The position numbers and the translations under genes were made by a program. Shown here one piece after another: positions 1-11,956 of a stretch of 64,000 nt of DNA. The notes beneath the pieces were generated by a model. The model saw nothing but the letters and a program-made list of their open reading frames with translations. It did no database searches and was not told the DNA's origin. The stretch spans positions 100,204 through 164,203 of the forward strand of contig CAZXLF010000003.1 in assembly GCA_964642015.1 (NCBI GenBank). Direction: 5' to 3'. The DNA comes from an uncultured Planctomycetia bacterium (lineage in GTDB: Bacteria > Omnitrophota > Gorgyraeia > 2-02-FULL-51-18). Positions within the stretch are counted from its first letter, which is position 1. The number at the start of each line of letters is the position of its first letter.

Positions 1-1155
1 CGAACGCCATTCTATGCCGAATCAGGCGGACAGATCGGTGATACGGGACTTGTTTCTGGAAATGGGCTTTCGGCGAAGGTTTTGGACACACAATGGATAG
101 AAAAATGTGTCGCTCACAGGGTAAAAATTGAATCTGGGTACGCTGAGCCAGGTAAAGTTTATGAATTGGTTGTGGACGCAGAACGCCGTGCCGACATCAT
201 GAAAAATCATACAGCAACACACCTTTTGCACAGTGCTTTAAGAAAAGCATTGGGGGATCACGTAAAGCAGAGCGGCTCACTCGTCGCGCCTGACAGATTA
301 CGCTTTGATTTCACGCATTTCAGCGCATTGGACGCCAAAACGATATCCGCCGTCGAAGAACTCGTGAACACCGAGATCCGCAAGAATATCACGCTAGACA
401 AAAAGGTCATGTCGAAGGAAAAGGCGGTGGAATCCGGTGCGATTGCTTTTTTTGGTGAAAAATACGGTGACGAGGTTCGTGTCGTATCCGTCGGCGATTT
501 TTCAAAGGAATTATGCGGCGGCACCCATCTTCATTCGACCGGAGAAATTGAGACATTCAAGATCGTTTCAGAAAGTTCGATACAGGCCGGTGTCCGGCGT
601 ATTGAGGCGGTGACCGGTCGAGGCGCCAAAGTGCTTTTACAGAGTCAAGAAAACGAATTGAAATCCATGACCAAAGATTTTGGAATTCGCTCGGATGATA
701 TGATAAGCAGTCTTAAAGAGCGCCTATTACAAATTTCGGAACTCAAATCAAAAATGTCTAAGTCGCTCAACAGGAAAGTTAGGGAACGGCTTGATAAGGA
801 CCTTGAAAAAGCGCCCGTTGTTGCCGGAGCGAAGTTTGTGAAAGAAAAAATATCCGGCGCCGACACGGATACTTTGAAATTTGCCTGTGATTATTTAAGG
901 AGTTCAAAAATTTCTTTCACCGCTCTTTTTGTGTCCGACTCAGCGGATAAAATTTCTCTTGTTGTGGCAGGTAGTGACGATCTGGTGAAAAAAGGTTTTA
1001 ATTCAGGCAAGATCGTTAAAGAGATCTCGGCCACGGTGCAGGGAAATGGCGGTGGACGACCGGATTTCGCTGTCGGAGGAGGTAAAGATGTCCAAAAGGT
1101 TAACGAAGCGATAGCTCTGGGCGAAAAGATTATCAAAGAAAGTTTAGCCAAATGA
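1..1155 (+). CDS. alaS: Alanyl-tRNA synthetase, C-terminal part (5' end lies outside the window)
   Basis: Frame 1 is open from position 1 and reads ...FYAESGGQIGDTG..., then HTATHLLHSALRKALGDHV and the C-terminal DHHA1-like region GGGRPDFAVGGG. The stop overlaps the hisD start (ATGA). Confidence 0.9.
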   Translation, partial: RTPFYAESGGQIGDTGLVSGNGLSAKVLDTQWIEKCVAHRVKIESGYAEPGKVYELVVDAERRADIMKNHTATHLLHSALRKALGDHVKQSGSLVAPDRLRFDFTHFSALDAKTISAVEELVNTEIRKNITLDKKVMSKEKAVESGAIAFFGEKYGDEVRVVSVGDFSKELCGGTHLHSTGEIETFKIVSESSIQAGVRRIEAVTGRGAKVLLQSQENELKSMTKDFGIRSDDMISSLKERLLQISELKSKMSKSLNRKVRERLDKDLEKAPVVAGAKFVKEKISGADTDTLKFACDYLRSSKISFTALFVSDSADKISLVVAGSDDLVKKGFNSGKIVKEISATVQGNGGGRPDFAVGGGKDVQKVNEAIALGEKIIKESLAK

Positions 1156-2372
1156 AAGTTATTAAACCCTCGAGCCAAAAATTTCAAAAGCTTTTCCATC
1201 GATTTGCACGGCGTGACCGGCGCATTGAGGAAAAAGTCCGTAGGATCGTGGATGATGTGAAAAATAACGGTGACGAGGCGCTGGTGCGTTATACCAGGAA
1301 ATTTGACAAAGTAAAACTTTCGCCGAAGGAATTCCGTGTCAGTGAGAGCGAGATAAACGGCGCGTATCAGAACATCAATCCTGACTTTGTCTCGACGCTG
1401 AAAGTGGCTGTTGAAAATGTGAGTTGTTATTACAAGAAACAATTGAAGCGTTCTTGGAAGACGGTGAGCGAGGATGGTGTTGTGCTTGGCGAGAAGATCA
1501 GACCCTTGGAATCGGTAGGTATTTACGTTCCGTCGGGAACTGTGCCTCTTCCTTCAACGGTTTATATGACAGTGCTTCCGGCAAAGATAGCCGGTGTCGA
1601 AAAAATTTATCTCATCACACCGCCAAATAAATTCAAAAGCGTGGATCCGCATATTTTGGTTGTTGCAAATCTTCTGAAGGTGGACGGCGTCTACAAAGCC
1701 GGCGGCGCTCAGGCGATCGCGGCATTCGCATTTGGCACAAAAACGATCCCGCGTGTTGATAAGATCATAGGCCCTGGCAATGCTTATGTGGCTGAGGCCA
1801 AGCGTCAGGTGTTCGGTTATTGCGACATTGATATGATCGCGGGACCAACAGAAGTCGTGATCATTGCCAATGATTATTCAGAGCCGGATTTTGTGATAGC
1901 CGATCTTTTGGCGCAGAGCGAGCATCACATGGGCACTTCGATCCTTGTGACGACCTCTAAGCGTCTGGCCAAAGTGATCAAAAAGGTGCCGGCGCGCGGT
2001 CACATTGTGGTCGTCAAAAATTTAAAGCAAGCGGTTGATGTTGTGAACCAGATCGCTCCCGAACATCTTCAGATCATGGTGAAGAATCCGCAGCGCATCC
2101 TTAAAGACATTAAACATGCCGGCGCGATATTCGTAGGTTCTTATACTCCGACAGCAGTGGGTGATTATGTGGCCGGGCCAAGCCATGTGCTGCCGACGAA
2201 TGGGACTGCTAGATTTTTCTCAGGAATATCCATAACGGATTTTCTGAAAAGCTCCCATATTATTTCTTACAATCGAAAAGCGCTTGAGAAGGTCAAAGCG
2301 CCGATTGAGAATTTGGCGACACTAGAAGGTTTGCCAAAACATATGGAATCTGTCAAGGTTCGTTTTGAATGA
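1152..2372 (+). CDS. hisD: Histidinol dehydrogenase
   Basis: 406 aa with the HisD motifs GPGNAYVAEAKRQVFG and DIDMIAGPTEV...QSEHH. Confidence 0.93.
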   Translation: MKVIKPSSQKFQKLFHRFARRDRRIEEKVRRIVDDVKNNGDEALVRYTRKFDKVKLSPKEFRVSESEINGAYQNINPDFVSTLKVAVENVSCYYKKQLKRSWKTVSEDGVVLGEKIRPLESVGIYVPSGTVPLPSTVYMTVLPAKIAGVEKIYLITPPNKFKSVDPHILVVANLLKVDGVYKAGGAQAIAAFAFGTKTIPRVDKIIGPGNAYVAEAKRQVFGYCDIDMIAGPTEVVIIANDYSEPDFVIADLLAQSEHHMGTSILVTTSKRLAKVIKKVPARGHIVVVKNLKQAVDVVNQIAPEHLQIMVKNPQRILKDIKHAGAIFVGSYTPTAVGDYVAGPSHVLPTNGTARFFSGISITDFLKSSHIISYNRKALEKVKAPIENLATLEGLPKHMESVKVRFE

Positions 2373-2396
2373 CGGTGATCGTTTAAAAGGAGTGAC

Positions 2397-3026
2397 ATGA
2401 AAAAAAGAAAAGCTATTGTCAAAAGAAAAACCCGCGAAACGTCCATTACCGCCAGCGTGAATATCGACGGGAAAGGCAAAGCTGGTGTGAAAACGGGATT
2501 AAGGTTTTTGGACCATATGCTAGAAAGTCTGGCAAAACACGGGCATTTCGATATTCAGATAAAGGCTGTCGGAGATCTGGATGTCGACACCCATCACACC
2601 AATGAGGATGTCGCGATCACGCTTGGGGAAGCTTTTAAAAAAGCGCTTGGCGATAAAAAGGGCATCCGTCGTTTTGCCGATTTTAGAGCTCCGCTCGATG
2701 AAGCGCTGTCAGGGACGCGTGTCACGATCGATATCAGTGGAAGAGGCTCTTTTCATGCGCATACAAACGCAAAAACTAAATGGCTCGATCATCCAGCTTT
2801 GCGTGCGAAGCAGAACAGTATGAATTACACGGTTGCTGACACGAAACATTTTTTGGAATCTTTTGCCGATCATATGGGGATCACGTTGCATGTTGATTTT
2901 ATATCGGGCGATCAGCCGCATCATGTGATCGAAGCCACTTTTAAATCTCTGGCAAAGGCGCTGGATTGGGCCACACAGATCGATGAGCGGTCAAAGTCTG
3001 TTCCGTCCACAAAGGGAAAATTATGA
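2397..3026 (+). CDS. hisB: Imidazoleglycerol-phosphate dehydratase
   Basis: 209 aa with DTHHTNEDVAITLGEAF. There is an AAAGGAG ribosome-binding site upstream. Confidence 0.92.
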   Translation: MKKRKAIVKRKTRETSITASVNIDGKGKAGVKTGLRFLDHMLESLAKHGHFDIQIKAVGDLDVDTHHTNEDVAITLGEAFKKALGDKKGIRRFADFRAPLDEALSGTRVTIDISGRGSFHAHTNAKTKWLDHPALRAKQNSMNYTVADTKHFLESFADHMGITLHVDFISGDQPHHVIEATFKSLAKALDWATQIDERSKSVPSTKGKL

Positions 3027-3637
3027 TCGTGATCGTTGACTATGGGATGGGTAATTTGCGCAGCGTCGAGAAAGCATTCGAGGCGAACGGCGCTCACCCA
3101 AAGATAAGTTCATCCGCAAAGGACATTGAAAAAGCCGAGAAGCTTGTCGTGCCGGGTGTCGGCGCTTTTACTCATGCGATGAAGGAGCTTAAAAAACTGG
3201 GCCTGGTTGAACCGATCAAAGAAAAGATCAGAAGCGGTGCGCCGTACCTTGGTGTGTGTCTGGGGCTGCAACTTTTATTTTCCCGCAGCGAAGAAGGGGA
3301 ACGCATGAAAGGTTTGGATATTATCTCAGGCAGCGTGGTTCGGTTCAAAGGAAAGCTCAAGATCCCTCATATGGGTTGGAATACGCTTGAGACAAAAAAG
3401 CGCGGCTGCCCTGTTTTGAAGAAAATCAAGGATAAGGACTATTTTTACTTTGTCCATTCTTATTACGGTGTTCCTGAAGACAAGTCGTGGGTTTTGGCAA
3501 CCACCGGTTATGGGGCTCATTTTTGCTCTGCGATATGGAAAGAGAATATTTTCGCGACGCAGTTTCATCCGGAGAAAAGTCAAGCCGGCGGCCTTCAAAT
3601 CATACGCAATTTCATCGAATATCAGAGCCAAAATTGA
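3023..3637 (+). CDS. hisH: Imidazole glycerol phosphate synthase, glutamine amidotransferase subunit
   Basis: 204 aa class-I glutamine amidotransferase (GVCLGLQLL...FHPE). It overlaps hisB by ATGA. Confidence 0.92.
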   Translation: MIVIVDYGMGNLRSVEKAFEANGAHPKISSSAKDIEKAEKLVVPGVGAFTHAMKELKKLGLVEPIKEKIRSGAPYLGVCLGLQLLFSRSEEGERMKGLDIISGSVVRFKGKLKIPHMGWNTLETKKRGCPVLKKIKDKDYFYFVHSYYGVPEDKSWVLATTGYGAHFCSAIWKENIFATQFHPEKSQAGGLQIIRNFIEYQSQN

Positions 3638-3638
3638 A

Positions 3639-4382
3639 ATGATCCCGATACCTGCGATCGATCTGAAAAATGGGAAAGTGGTACGGCTTTTACAGGGGAA
3701 TTTCAAAGAAGAGAAGATCTACTCTGAGACTCCAGCTGCTGTCGCGAAACGCTTTGAAGAAGCAGGCGCTTCAAGGATCCACGTTGTGGATCTCGACGGA
3801 GCGCTTGAGGGCAAGCCTAAAAATTTGAGTTCGGTTGAATCGATCATCCGGAATGTAAAGATCCCTGTCGAAGCGGGCGGTGGTGTGCGAAATCTCAAGA
3901 TAGCTGAAGAATACATCAGGATGGGCGCTTCATGGGTCATCTTCGGCACTCAGGCGTGCCTTGATTCCGGATTCATGAAAGAATCGATAGCTGAATTCAA
4001 GGAGCGTGCAATTATCGGTATCGATGCCTTAAGCGGTTTTGTGGCCACTGACGGATGGACAAAAATTTCTAAGATCAAAGCGGTGGATTTGGCGAAAGAC
4101 GCTCAGTCACTTGGCGCGAAGACCATTATTTACACCGATATTTCGAAAGACGGCGCTTTAAAAGGAATAAATATGAAAGAGATAAAAACGCTGAGTCAAT
4201 CGGTTTCGACAGATGTGATCGCTTCCGGCGGCGTATCGTCTCTGCAAGATATTCAAATGCTTCTGGATTTGAAACAAAAAAATATCATAGGCGTGATCAT
4301 CGGCAAGGCGATCTATGAAAATAAGATCCAATTGAGAGATGCGGTCAAAACATGCTTGCAAAAAGAATCATTCCCTGTTTAG
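3639..4382 (+). CDS. hisA: ProFAR isomerase (1-(5-phosphoribosyl)-5-[(5-phosphoribosylamino)methylideneamino]imidazole-4-carboxamide isomerase)
   Basis: The ATG sits 1 nt after the hisH stop. The protein reads [20 protein letters not shown]...SGGVSS. The tabulated ORF runs further upstream in the same frame, but the HisA homology starts here. Confidence 0.88.
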   Translation: MIPIPAIDLKNGKVVRLLQGNFKEEKIYSETPAAVAKRFEEAGASRIHVVDLDGALEGKPKNLSSVESIIRNVKIPVEAGGGVRNLKIAEEYIRMGASWVIFGTQACLDSGFMKESIAEFKERAIIGIDALSGFVATDGWTKISKIKAVDLAKDAQSLGAKTIIYTDISKDGALKGINMKEIKTLSQSVSTDVIASGGVSSLQDIQMLLDLKQKNIIGVIIGKAIYENKIQLRDAVKTCLQKESFPV

Positions 4383-5116
4383 ATGTGCGGGAAGGCCGCG
4401 TTGTCAAAGGAACGAAATTTTTAGGTTTGCGCGATGCCGGAGACCCGGTAGAATGCGCGGTTTTTTACGATAAAGCGGGCGCGGATGAGCTCGTTTTTTT
4501 GGATATCACTGCATCCCATGAAAAACGCGGGATATTGCTTGATGTGGTGAGGCGTACCGCAGAGAAAGTTTTCATGCCCCTCACAGTTGGAGGAGGCATC
4601 AATAGCGTCGAAGACATTCGGACACTGCTCAATGCCGGCGCCGATAAGGTTTCGATCAATACATCAGCGGTAAAACGCCCTGCGTTTGTCAAGGAAGCGG
4701 CTGAGCGGTTCGGCGCGCAGTGTATCGTTGTTGCGATCGACGCAAAAAGATCTTTAACAAAAAAGGGCTGCTGGGACGTTTATACGCACGGCGGAAGACA
4801 GAAAACTCCGCTTGAAGCGGTATCGTGGGCTAAGCGTGTCGAAAAACTCGGCGCCGGGGAGATCCTTTTAACCAGCATGGACCAGGACGGAACCAAAGAG
4901 GGTTATGATCTTAAGCTTCTACGTTCCGTGTCGGAAGCTGTTCGAATACCCGTGATCGCTTCCGGTGGAGCAGGAAATCTCGATCACTTAGTTCAGGGTT
5001 TTGTTCGCGGAAAAGCGGATGCTGTTTTGGCGGCCAGCATTTTTCATTTTAAGGAATTTACGATCCAAGAAGCAAAGAAATATCTAAAAAAGAAAGGGGT
5101 GTTAGTTCGTTTATGA
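4352..5116 (+). CDS. hisF: Imidazole glycerol phosphate synthase, cyclase subunit
   Basis: 254 aa, [20 protein letters not shown]...GGGI...ASGGAG. Confidence 0.93.
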   Translation: MLAKRIIPCLDVREGRVVKGTKFLGLRDAGDPVECAVFYDKAGADELVFLDITASHEKRGILLDVVRRTAEKVFMPLTVGGGINSVEDIRTLLNAGADKVSINTSAVKRPAFVKEAAERFGAQCIVVAIDAKRSLTKKGCWDVYTHGGRQKTPLEAVSWAKRVEKLGAGEILLTSMDQDGTKEGYDLKLLRSVSEAVRIPVIASGGAGNLDHLVQGFVRGKADAVLAASIFHFKEFTIQEAKKYLKKKGVLVRL

Positions 5117-5508
5117 CCGATGCAACATTTGAAAAAATAAAATCGCGGTTAAAATTTGATGCCCAAGGGCTTATTCCCGCGATCATCCAGGATAAAAAGA
5201 CGCAAAAAGTGCTGACACTTTGTTATATGAATGAGATCGCGCTTAGAGCGACGCTCGAAAAAGGTTTTATTTATCTTTTTCGTCGCTCTCAGAACAAGTT
5301 AATGATGAAAGGCGAAACATCGGGGCACACGCAGGCCGTGCAGGAATTCCGCATTGACTGTGAAGGCAAGTCACTGCTTTTTCTCATTGATCAAAAAGTG
5401 GCTGGCTGCCACAAAGGTTACTTCAGTTGTTATTTTGAAAAAATAAACAGTGACGGTGCCCAAGCGATCACAGATCCTTTGGTATTCAATCCGGAGAAAG
5501 TATACTAG
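5113..5508 (+). CDS. hisI: Phosphoribosyl-AMP cyclohydrolase (HisI domain only; no HisE fused)
   Basis: 131 aa with [25 protein letters not shown]. It overlaps hisF by ATGA. Confidence 0.88.
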   Translation: MTDATFEKIKSRLKFDAQGLIPAIIQDKKTQKVLTLCYMNEIALRATLEKGFIYLFRRSQNKLMMKGETSGHTQAVQEFRIDCEGKSLLFLIDQKVAGCHKGYFSCYFEKINSDGAQAITDPLVFNPEKVY

Positions 5509-7004
5509 TGAACGAGTATTTTCCGAATAAGAAAGAATTTCTTAAACTGGCAAAAAAGGGGAATCTGATCCCTGTTTATCGAGAGATCCTTGCGGACCTT
5601 GAGACGCCGGTATCATGTTTTATCAAGCTCGGTGACAAACCTTATTCTTATTTGCTCGAATCGGTCGAAGGCGGCGAGAAGATCGCAAGATATTCATTCA
5701 TCGGCGGCGCGCCGTCGCTCGTATTTAAAAGCAAAGAGAAGAAAATATCGATCTCCGAGCCCGGTAAACCCGAGGATCATTTTGTAACGGCCCACGATCC
5801 GCTTTATGAGCTTGAAAAGATCTTAAAACGTTACGAACAGGTCCCCGTTAAGGAATTACCGCCATTTTCAGGTGGAGCCGTCGGGTACCTGGGATATGAT
5901 ACAGTCCGTTTTATAGAGAGGATCCCCGATAAGAATAAAGACGTTTTGCAGATCCCCGATTCACTTTTTATTTTTACGAACACGATATTGATATTTGATC
6001 ACATTCAAAAAAAGATAAAAGTCGTTTCAAACGTGTTTGTGGATAATTTTAAAGATGCTGAAGAGGCCTATGATCACGCCATAGAAAAAATCGATTCCGA
6101 GATCCAGCGTTTGAGATCCCTTGATCATGGACACCACACTTCAAGTGCCTCCACGCACTCTACTAACGGCGTTGATTCTAATTTTACGGAATCAGCTTTT
6201 GAAAAAGCTGTTTTAAAGGCAAAGCGGTACATCAAAAAAGGCGACATCATTCAAGTGGTGCTTTCACAGGTTTTTAGCACGGCAGCACCTTCTAATGTGT
6301 TCGACATCTATCGAGCATTGCGGTCTATCAATCCTTCGCCTTACATGTTTTACCTGAATTGCGATGAATTTCAATTAGTTGGTTCTTCTCCCGAAGTTCA
6401 TGTGCGTTGCGACGACCACAAAGCGATCTTAAGGCCGATCGCGGGAACGCGCCGCCGCGGACACAATCCAAAAGAGGACGTGGCGCTTGAAAAGGAGCTT
6501 CTGAAGGACCCAAAGGAACGCGCGGAGCATTTGATGCTTGTGGATCTTGGCCGGAATGATCTCGGACGTGTTTGCGATTATCAATCGGTGAAAGTGTCAG
6601 AATTTATGACCATCGAACGCTATTCCCACGTGATGCATATCGTCAGCAACGTTGAGGGAAAACTTCGAGAGGATAAAACGATCTTTGACCTTTTGCGCGC
6701 GACTTTTCCGGCCGGGACGATCTCGGGCGCCCCTAAAGTCCGCGCAATGGAGATCATAGATGAGCTGGAGAATCAAAAAAGAGGTTTTTATTCGGGTGTT
6801 GTGGGTTATTTCAGCTATTCGGGAAATTTGGATTCCTGCATTGCGATCCGCACGATCTTGGTGAAAGGTGGAAGGGCTTTTGTGCAGGCAGGCGCCGGCA
6901 TTGTAGCGGATTCAGATCCTAAAAAGGAATATCAAGAAACAGTGAACAAAGCCAAAGCGCTTCTAAAAGCCATCGAATTATCTTCGGCGGGAGCTTTGCA
7001 ATGA
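5508..7004 (+). CDS. trpE: Anthranilate synthase component I
   Basis: 498 aa. The GTG start overlaps the hisI stop. Motifs: [18 protein letters not shown] and [11 protein letters not shown]. Confidence 0.93.
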   Translation: MNEYFPNKKEFLKLAKKGNLIPVYREILADLETPVSCFIKLGDKPYSYLLESVEGGEKIARYSFIGGAPSLVFKSKEKKISISEPGKPEDHFVTAHDPLYELEKILKRYEQVPVKELPPFSGGAVGYLGYDTVRFIERIPDKNKDVLQIPDSLFIFTNTILIFDHIQKKIKVVSNVFVDNFKDAEEAYDHAIEKIDSEIQRLRSLDHGHHTSSASTHSTNGVDSNFTESAFEKAVLKAKRYIKKGDIIQVVLSQVFSTAAPSNVFDIYRALRSINPSPYMFYLNCDEFQLVGSSPEVHVRCDDHKAILRPIAGTRRRGHNPKEDVALEKELLKDPKERAEHLMLVDLGRNDLGRVCDYQSVKVSEFMTIERYSHVMHIVSNVEGKLREDKTIFDLLRATFPAGTISGAPKVRAMEIIDELENQKRGFYSGVVGYFSYSGNLDSCIAIRTILVKGGRAFVQAGAGIVADSDPKKEYQETVNKAKALLKAIELSSAGALQ

Positions 7005-7567
7005 TATTGATGATCGATAATTACGACTCCTTTACTTATAATCTTGTCCAATATTTAGGTGAAATGGGCCAAGAGCTCAAAGTTTATCGCAACGATGCGA
7101 TCACGGTTGAAGGGATTAAAAAGTTAAAACCCGCGCGCATCGTGATATCGCCGGGACCCGGAAGCCCAAAAGACGCTGGAGTTTCCAAGGAAGCTATTAA
7201 AAAGCTGGGCTCAAAGATACCGATCCTCGGCGTTTGCTTGGGACATCAATGTATTGGTGAGGTGTTCGGCGGAAACGTTGTCGGCGCCAAACGTCTGATG
7301 CATGGAAAAACATCCCAGATATTTCATAACGGTAAAGGAATATTTAAAAATATCGACAACCCATTCGTGGCGACACGGTATCATTCGCTTCTTGTAGATA
7401 GGAAAGGTTTTCCGAAAGATCTTGAGATCACCGCCGAGACTAAAGAAAAAGAGATCATGGGTTTGAGGCATAAAAAATATCCGATATACGGCGTTCAATT
7501 TCATCCCGAATCGATCTTGACTCAGTCGGGCAAAGAGATCCTAAGAAATTTTCTTAGTTTGAAATGA
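7001..7567 (+). CDS. trpG: Anthranilate synthase component II (glutamine amidotransferase)
   Basis: 188 aa, [12 protein letters not shown]...GVQFHPES. Confidence 0.93.
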   Translation: MILMIDNYDSFTYNLVQYLGEMGQELKVYRNDAITVEGIKKLKPARIVISPGPGSPKDAGVSKEAIKKLGSKIPILGVCLGHQCIGEVFGGNVVGAKRLMHGKTSQIFHNGKGIFKNIDNPFVATRYHSLLVDRKGFPKDLEITAETKEKEIMGLRHKKYPIYGVQFHPESILTQSGKEILRNFLSLK

Positions 7568-8580
7568 AGGACGTTCTTTTGAAATTGCAGGAGCGCAAAG
7601 ATTTGGATCCCGCAGAAATGGCAAGCGCGATGGAATTCGTCATTTCCGGTCGCGCATCGGATGAGGAGATAGAGCGGTTTTTGATCCTTCTGAGGGAAAA
7701 AGGCGAAACAGCCGCTGAGATCGCGGCCGGTGCAAATGTGATGCGCAAGCACGCGCTCACATTATCCAAAAATTATCCGGATCTTCTTGATACCTGCGGC
7801 ACTGGAGGAGACGGTAGCCGAACGCTTAATGTTTCAACTTTAGCTGCTTTGACAGCTTGCGCGGCAGGGGTTAGGGTGGCTAAACACGGCAACCGTTCGT
7901 TGTCGGGCGTTTCAGGAAGCGCTGATCTTCTGGAATCGTTAGGAGTTCCGATAGACCTTCCGGTTAGCGCGGTTGAAAAAGCGATTGAAAATATCGGATT
8001 CGCGTTCTTATTCGCACCCATATTCCATCCCGCGACCCGTTTTGCAGGACCCGCCAGAAAAAAGATCAAAGGCAAAACGATTTTTAATATTTTAGGCCCT
8101 TTATCGAACCCAGCCGGCGTGCAGTATCAAGTGATCGGTGTTTACGATAAAAAACTCATCGAGATCGTAGCCCAGGCGCTTTTAGACCTTGGCACAAAAA
8201 GGGCTTTAGTAGTTCATGGCGCCGATGGGTTGGATGAAATAAGTGTCTCGGATAGAACTTTCGCAGTAGAGCTTACGAAGGGGCAACTGAAAAAATATGA
8301 AATATTGCCGGAGGAACACGGAATTCAAAAAAGTTCGCATAAAATCCCTGTATGCGACACAAAAGAAGATTCAAAAAAAATGGCGCTTGAAGTTTTAAAA
8401 GGCGGTCAAGGAGTCAATCATGATCTGGTTTCTTTAAACGCGGCAGCCGCACTTTATATATCAGGAAAGGCAAGCTCCATTAAAGAAGGTGTTCATGTAG
8501 CAAAAAAACTTTTGGCCGAAGGCGCGGTTCATAAGAAACTGGAAGAAATTATTTTATTTTCTAAAAAAGTGACGGTTTGA
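7564..8580 (+). CDS. trpD: Anthranilate phosphoribosyltransferase
   Basis: 338 aa, [17 protein letters not shown]...KHGNRS. Confidence 0.93.
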   Translation: MKDVLLKLQERKDLDPAEMASAMEFVISGRASDEEIERFLILLREKGETAAEIAAGANVMRKHALTLSKNYPDLLDTCGTGGDGSRTLNVSTLAALTACAAGVRVAKHGNRSLSGVSGSADLLESLGVPIDLPVSAVEKAIENIGFAFLFAPIFHPATRFAGPARKKIKGKTIFNILGPLSNPAGVQYQVIGVYDKKLIEIVAQALLDLGTKRALVVHGADGLDEISVSDRTFAVELTKGQLKKYEILPEEHGIQKSSHKIPVCDTKEDSKKMALEVLKGGQGVNHDLVSLNAAAALYISGKASSIKEGVHVAKKLLAEGAVHKKLEEIILFSKKVTV

Positions 8581-9365
8581 TGACGATCCTTGATCAGATA
8601 GTCAAAAATAAGACCCAAGAAATAGAGCTTTTGAAGCAAAAGAATCCAATCGAGAAATTGCTTCTTGCGATCAAAAAATTACCCAAAAAGAAAACTAGTT
8701 TTTATGACTCTTTGAAGAAAATCAGAGGCGTCGCTGTGATCGCCGAAATAAAGAAACGTTCGCCATCGAAAGGTATTTTAAGAAAAAATTTTCGGCCGGT
8801 AGCGATCGCGGAATCTTATGAGCGCGCAGGTGCAAGCGCTTTATCGGTATTGACGGATGAGAATTTTTTTGGAGGATCTGTAAAAGTTTTGAAAAAAGTG
8901 CGCGGTCGCACAAAACTTCCTATATTGAGAAAGGATTTTATCCTCGACCTTTATCAGATCTATGAAGCCAGGATCATTGGAGCGGATGCGATACTTCTGA
9001 TCGCTGACATTTTGTCGAAAGAGGAGCTTGAAGTTTTAAGCAAAAAAGCATTTGAGTTGGGGTTGGACGTGCTTTTTGAAGTGCATACACCGGAAGATGT
9101 TGATAAGATATTGCCGCTGAAGCCCAAGATGGTCGGCATCAATAACCGTGATCTGCACACGTTTAAAGTAGATCTGGGCGTGACTGAGCGTCTTCTCAAA
9201 CGTTTTCCAAAAAAAACGCTGATTGTTTCTGAAAGCGGTATCCAAAGTCCCGAAGACTTGTTATATTTAAAGCGATTGGGCGTTGACGCAGTGCTTATTG
9301 GTGAGAGTTTGATGCGGGAAAATGATCCTGGAAAAGCGCTGAAGAATTTGAAAGCTGTTCTGTGA
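8577..9365 (+). CDS. trpC: Indole-3-glycerol phosphate synthase
   Basis: 262 aa, IAEIKKRSPSKG...LRKDFIL...NNRDL. Confidence 0.92.
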   Translation: MMTILDQIVKNKTQEIELLKQKNPIEKLLLAIKKLPKKKTSFYDSLKKIRGVAVIAEIKKRSPSKGILRKNFRPVAIAESYERAGASALSVLTDENFFGGSVKVLKKVRGRTKLPILRKDFILDLYQIYEARIIGADAILLIADILSKEELEVLSKKAFELGLDVLFEVHTPEDVDKILPLKPKMVGINNRDLHTFKVDLGVTERLLKRFPKKTLIVSESGIQSPEDLLYLKRLGVDAVLIGESLMRENDPGKALKNLKAVL

Positions 9366-9970
9366 CGCGGGTCAAGATCTGCGGCATAACCAATCTTCGC
9401 GACGCGGAAGACGCTGTTGAATTCGGAGCCGATGCGATAGGGTTTGTGTTCGCTAAAAGCCCAAGACGGATATCGTTAAATGACGCCAAAAAAATATCGC
9501 TTCGCCTCGGCCCTTGGGTTACAACGGTGGGAGTGTTCGTTAACGAAACTAAAAAGAATATTTTACGGATCGCATCAGAATGCCGGTTTTCTGCAATACA
9601 GCTTCACGGGGATGAGTCAGCTTCCGAGCTTTCAGGTTTTGGAGTCTTAAAGATCATAAAAGCATTCAGGATTTCCAAAAAAGAAGATTTGAAAGTAGTG
9701 GAAACGTACAAAGCCGACGCTTATCTATTTGATACAAAAGCAGGCGGTATTTATGGAGGTAGCGGCAAGAGATTTGATTGGAATATTTTAAGAATGAAAA
9801 ATACTCCAAAACCTTATATCATTTCAGGTGGACTCGACCCCCGAAATGTGCAGACCGTGATCTGTAAGCTGTCCCCGTATGGTGTTGATGTGTCTTCGGG
9901 GGTTGAAAAATACCCGGGAAAAAAAGACCCTGTTTTGGTTAAACAGTTCATCAAAAATGCAAAAAAATAA
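9362..9970 (+). CDS. trpF: Phosphoribosylanthranilate isomerase
   Basis: 202 aa with a GTG start; VKICGIT...QLHG. Confidence 0.88.
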   Translation: MTRVKICGITNLRDAEDAVEFGADAIGFVFAKSPRRISLNDAKKISLRLGPWVTTVGVFVNETKKNILRIASECRFSAIQLHGDESASELSGFGVLKIIKAFRISKKEDLKVVETYKADAYLFDTKAGGIYGGSGKRFDWNILRMKNTPKPYIISGGLDPRNVQTVICKLSPYGVDVSSGVEKYPGKKDPVLVKQFIKNAKK

Positions 9971-11162
9971 TTTTACTCATATGCCAGACAAAAAAGGACA
10001 TTTTGGACCTTATGGCGGCAAGTATGTGCCGGAGACGCTGATGTCCGCGCTTGACGAGCTTGAGGCGAGTTACCGCTTGGCAAAAAAAGATCCCGGATTT
10101 CAAAAAGAATTGAATGATTATCTTCAGAATTTCGCAGGAAGGCCTACAAAATTGACCGAAGCCAAGCGTCTGTCAAAAGTTTTAGGTGTAAGACGCGTTT
10201 TTTTAAAGCGCGAGGATCTTTTGCATACAGGCGCTCATAAAATAAATAATACCTTAGGTCAGGTGCTTTTGACGCTTCGGATGAAAAAAAAGCGGGTTAT
10301 TGCTGAGACAGGCGCTGGACAGCATGGGGTAGCGACGGCTACGGTCTGCGCACTTTTTGGTATTTCTTGTGACGTGTATATGGGTCAAGAGGATATCGAA
10401 AGGCAGGCACTCAATGTGTTCCGCATGAAACTTTTGGGTTCGCGGGTTATCCCGGTGAGAACAGGTTCGCAGACTCTGAAAGACGCTGTGAACGAAGCGA
10501 TACGCGATTGGGTCACGAATGTCAGAGATACTCATTATATTATTGGCTCTGTGATTGGACCGCACCCTTATCCAATGATGGTGCGTGATTTTCAGTCGGT
10601 CATAGGGAAAGAAGTTAAATCGCAATTAAAGAAAATGCGTTCACCTTGGCCGAATTATTTGGTCGCCTGTGTCGGCGGAGGTTCCAACAGCATTGGATTG
10701 TTCCACCCGTTTTTATCGACGAATTCCAAAATGATCGGTGTCGAGGCGGCGGGCTTGGGAACGCATACCTCTCAACATGCCGCGACTCTCACAAAAGGAA
10801 GTATCGGCGTTCTTCACGGATCCAAAAGCGAAGTTTTGCAAGACCGCGACGGCCAGATCAATCTGGCGCATTCGATATCGGCGGGGCTCGATTATCCCGG
10901 TGTGGGCCCGGAACACGCTTATTTGAAATCGACAAAACGCGTGAACTATGTCTCCGCTACCGATAAAGAAGCGCTGGCAGGCGTGAAAGCTTTAAGCGAA
11001 ACAGAAGGGATCATTCCGGCGCTGGAACCGGCCCACGCGATCGGTTACCTACTGAAGAATAGATCCAAATTCAAAAAAAGCGACACGATCGTCCTTTGCT
11101 TATCAGGGCGAGGTGATAAAGACGTCGTCCAGATCTCTAAAGCGATGGGTTATCATGAATAG
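9957..11162 (+). CDS. trpB: Tryptophan synthase beta chain
   Basis: [12 protein letters not shown], the [12 protein letters not shown]-lysine motif, and GGGSN. The start is placed at ATG 9957 (an alternative is 9981). The tabulated ORF extends upstream in the same frame into trpF. Confidence 0.92.
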   Translation: MQKNNFTHMPDKKGHFGPYGGKYVPETLMSALDELEASYRLAKKDPGFQKELNDYLQNFAGRPTKLTEAKRLSKVLGVRRVFLKREDLLHTGAHKINNTLGQVLLTLRMKKKRVIAETGAGQHGVATATVCALFGISCDVYMGQEDIERQALNVFRMKLLGSRVIPVRTGSQTLKDAVNEAIRDWVTNVRDTHYIIGSVIGPHPYPMMVRDFQSVIGKEVKSQLKKMRSPWPNYLVACVGGGSNSIGLFHPFLSTNSKMIGVEAAGLGTHTSQHAATLTKGSIGVLHGSKSEVLQDRDGQINLAHSISAGLDYPGVGPEHAYLKSTKRVNYVSATDKEALAGVKALSETEGIIPALEPAHAIGYLLKNRSKFKKSDTIVLCLSGRGDKDVVQISKAMGYHE

Positions 11163-11955
11163 AATCGATAAAAAGTTCGCCGAATTAAAGAAACAAAGAA
11201 AAAAAGCGCTGATCATTTATATGACAGCAGGGGATCCTGGTCTTCAAAAAAATGAAGCGCTTATTCATTCGTTTGAAAAAGACGGCGTAGACCTTATTGA
11301 GCTCGGTGTGCCATTTTCAGATCCGCTTGCTGACGGTCCGGTGATCCAGGCCGCTTCACAGCGTTCATTGAAGAGAGGAACAAATTTACCCAAGATCTTA
11401 AAACTTGTTCAGCGTGTCCGTAAAAGATCCCAGATCCCTATTCTCTTAATGAGTTATCTGAATCCAATCCTGCGCCACGGGTTAGAATCTTTCGCCAAAT
11501 CTGCCAGAAAATCAGGGCTTGATGGAGTGATCATTCCGGATCTTCCGCCCGACGAAGGACAAGACGTCGCTCCGATTATGCGCCGTCACAATATCGCGTT
11601 GGTGTATTTGCTCGCCCCTACAAGCACAGAAAAGAGGATCTGGCTTGTATCGAATTCTTCACGAGGTTTTATTTATTACGTATCATTAACAGGTATCACA
11701 GGCGCCAGAAAATCCGTGCCGGTCGATTTGGGCCGAAGGATCAAAGCTATTAAAAAGACATCTCGTCTTCCTGTCTGCGTGGGCTTTGGTGTCTCCACGC
11801 CAGAACAAGCCAAAAAAGTTGCTCGCTTTTCAGACGGAGTCATTATAGGAAGCGCTGTTGTTAAATCTTTGGCGGCGCATCCATCGGCTAACGCGGCGCA
11901 ATTCTCTAAAAAATTCATCCGGCCTATTGCAAAGGCCATGGGAAAAAAGGTCTGA
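11155..11955 (+). CDS. trpA: Tryptophan synthase alpha chain
   Basis: ATG at 11155 overlaps the trpB stop. The protein reads [12 protein letters not shown]...[15 protein letters not shown]. Confidence 0.9.
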   Translation: MNRIDKKFAELKKQRKKALIIYMTAGDPGLQKNEALIHSFEKDGVDLIELGVPFSDPLADGPVIQAASQRSLKRGTNLPKILKLVQRVRKRSQIPILLMSYLNPILRHGLESFAKSARKSGLDGVIIPDLPPDEGQDVAPIMRRHNIALVYLLAPTSTEKRIWLVSNSSRGFIYYVSLTGITGARKSVPVDLGRRIKAIKKTSRLPVCVGFGVSTPEQAKKVARFSDGVIIGSAVVKSLAAHPSANAAQFSKKFIRPIAKAMGKKV

Positions 11956-11956
11956 T

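Noticed and set aside
10646-10966. Arg-rich internal plus-strand ORFs inside trpB (10646-10966, 10738-10926).
   Set aside because: They are out-of-frame reading of a conserved gene, and their basic low-complexity translation is typical of GC-rich alternative frames.
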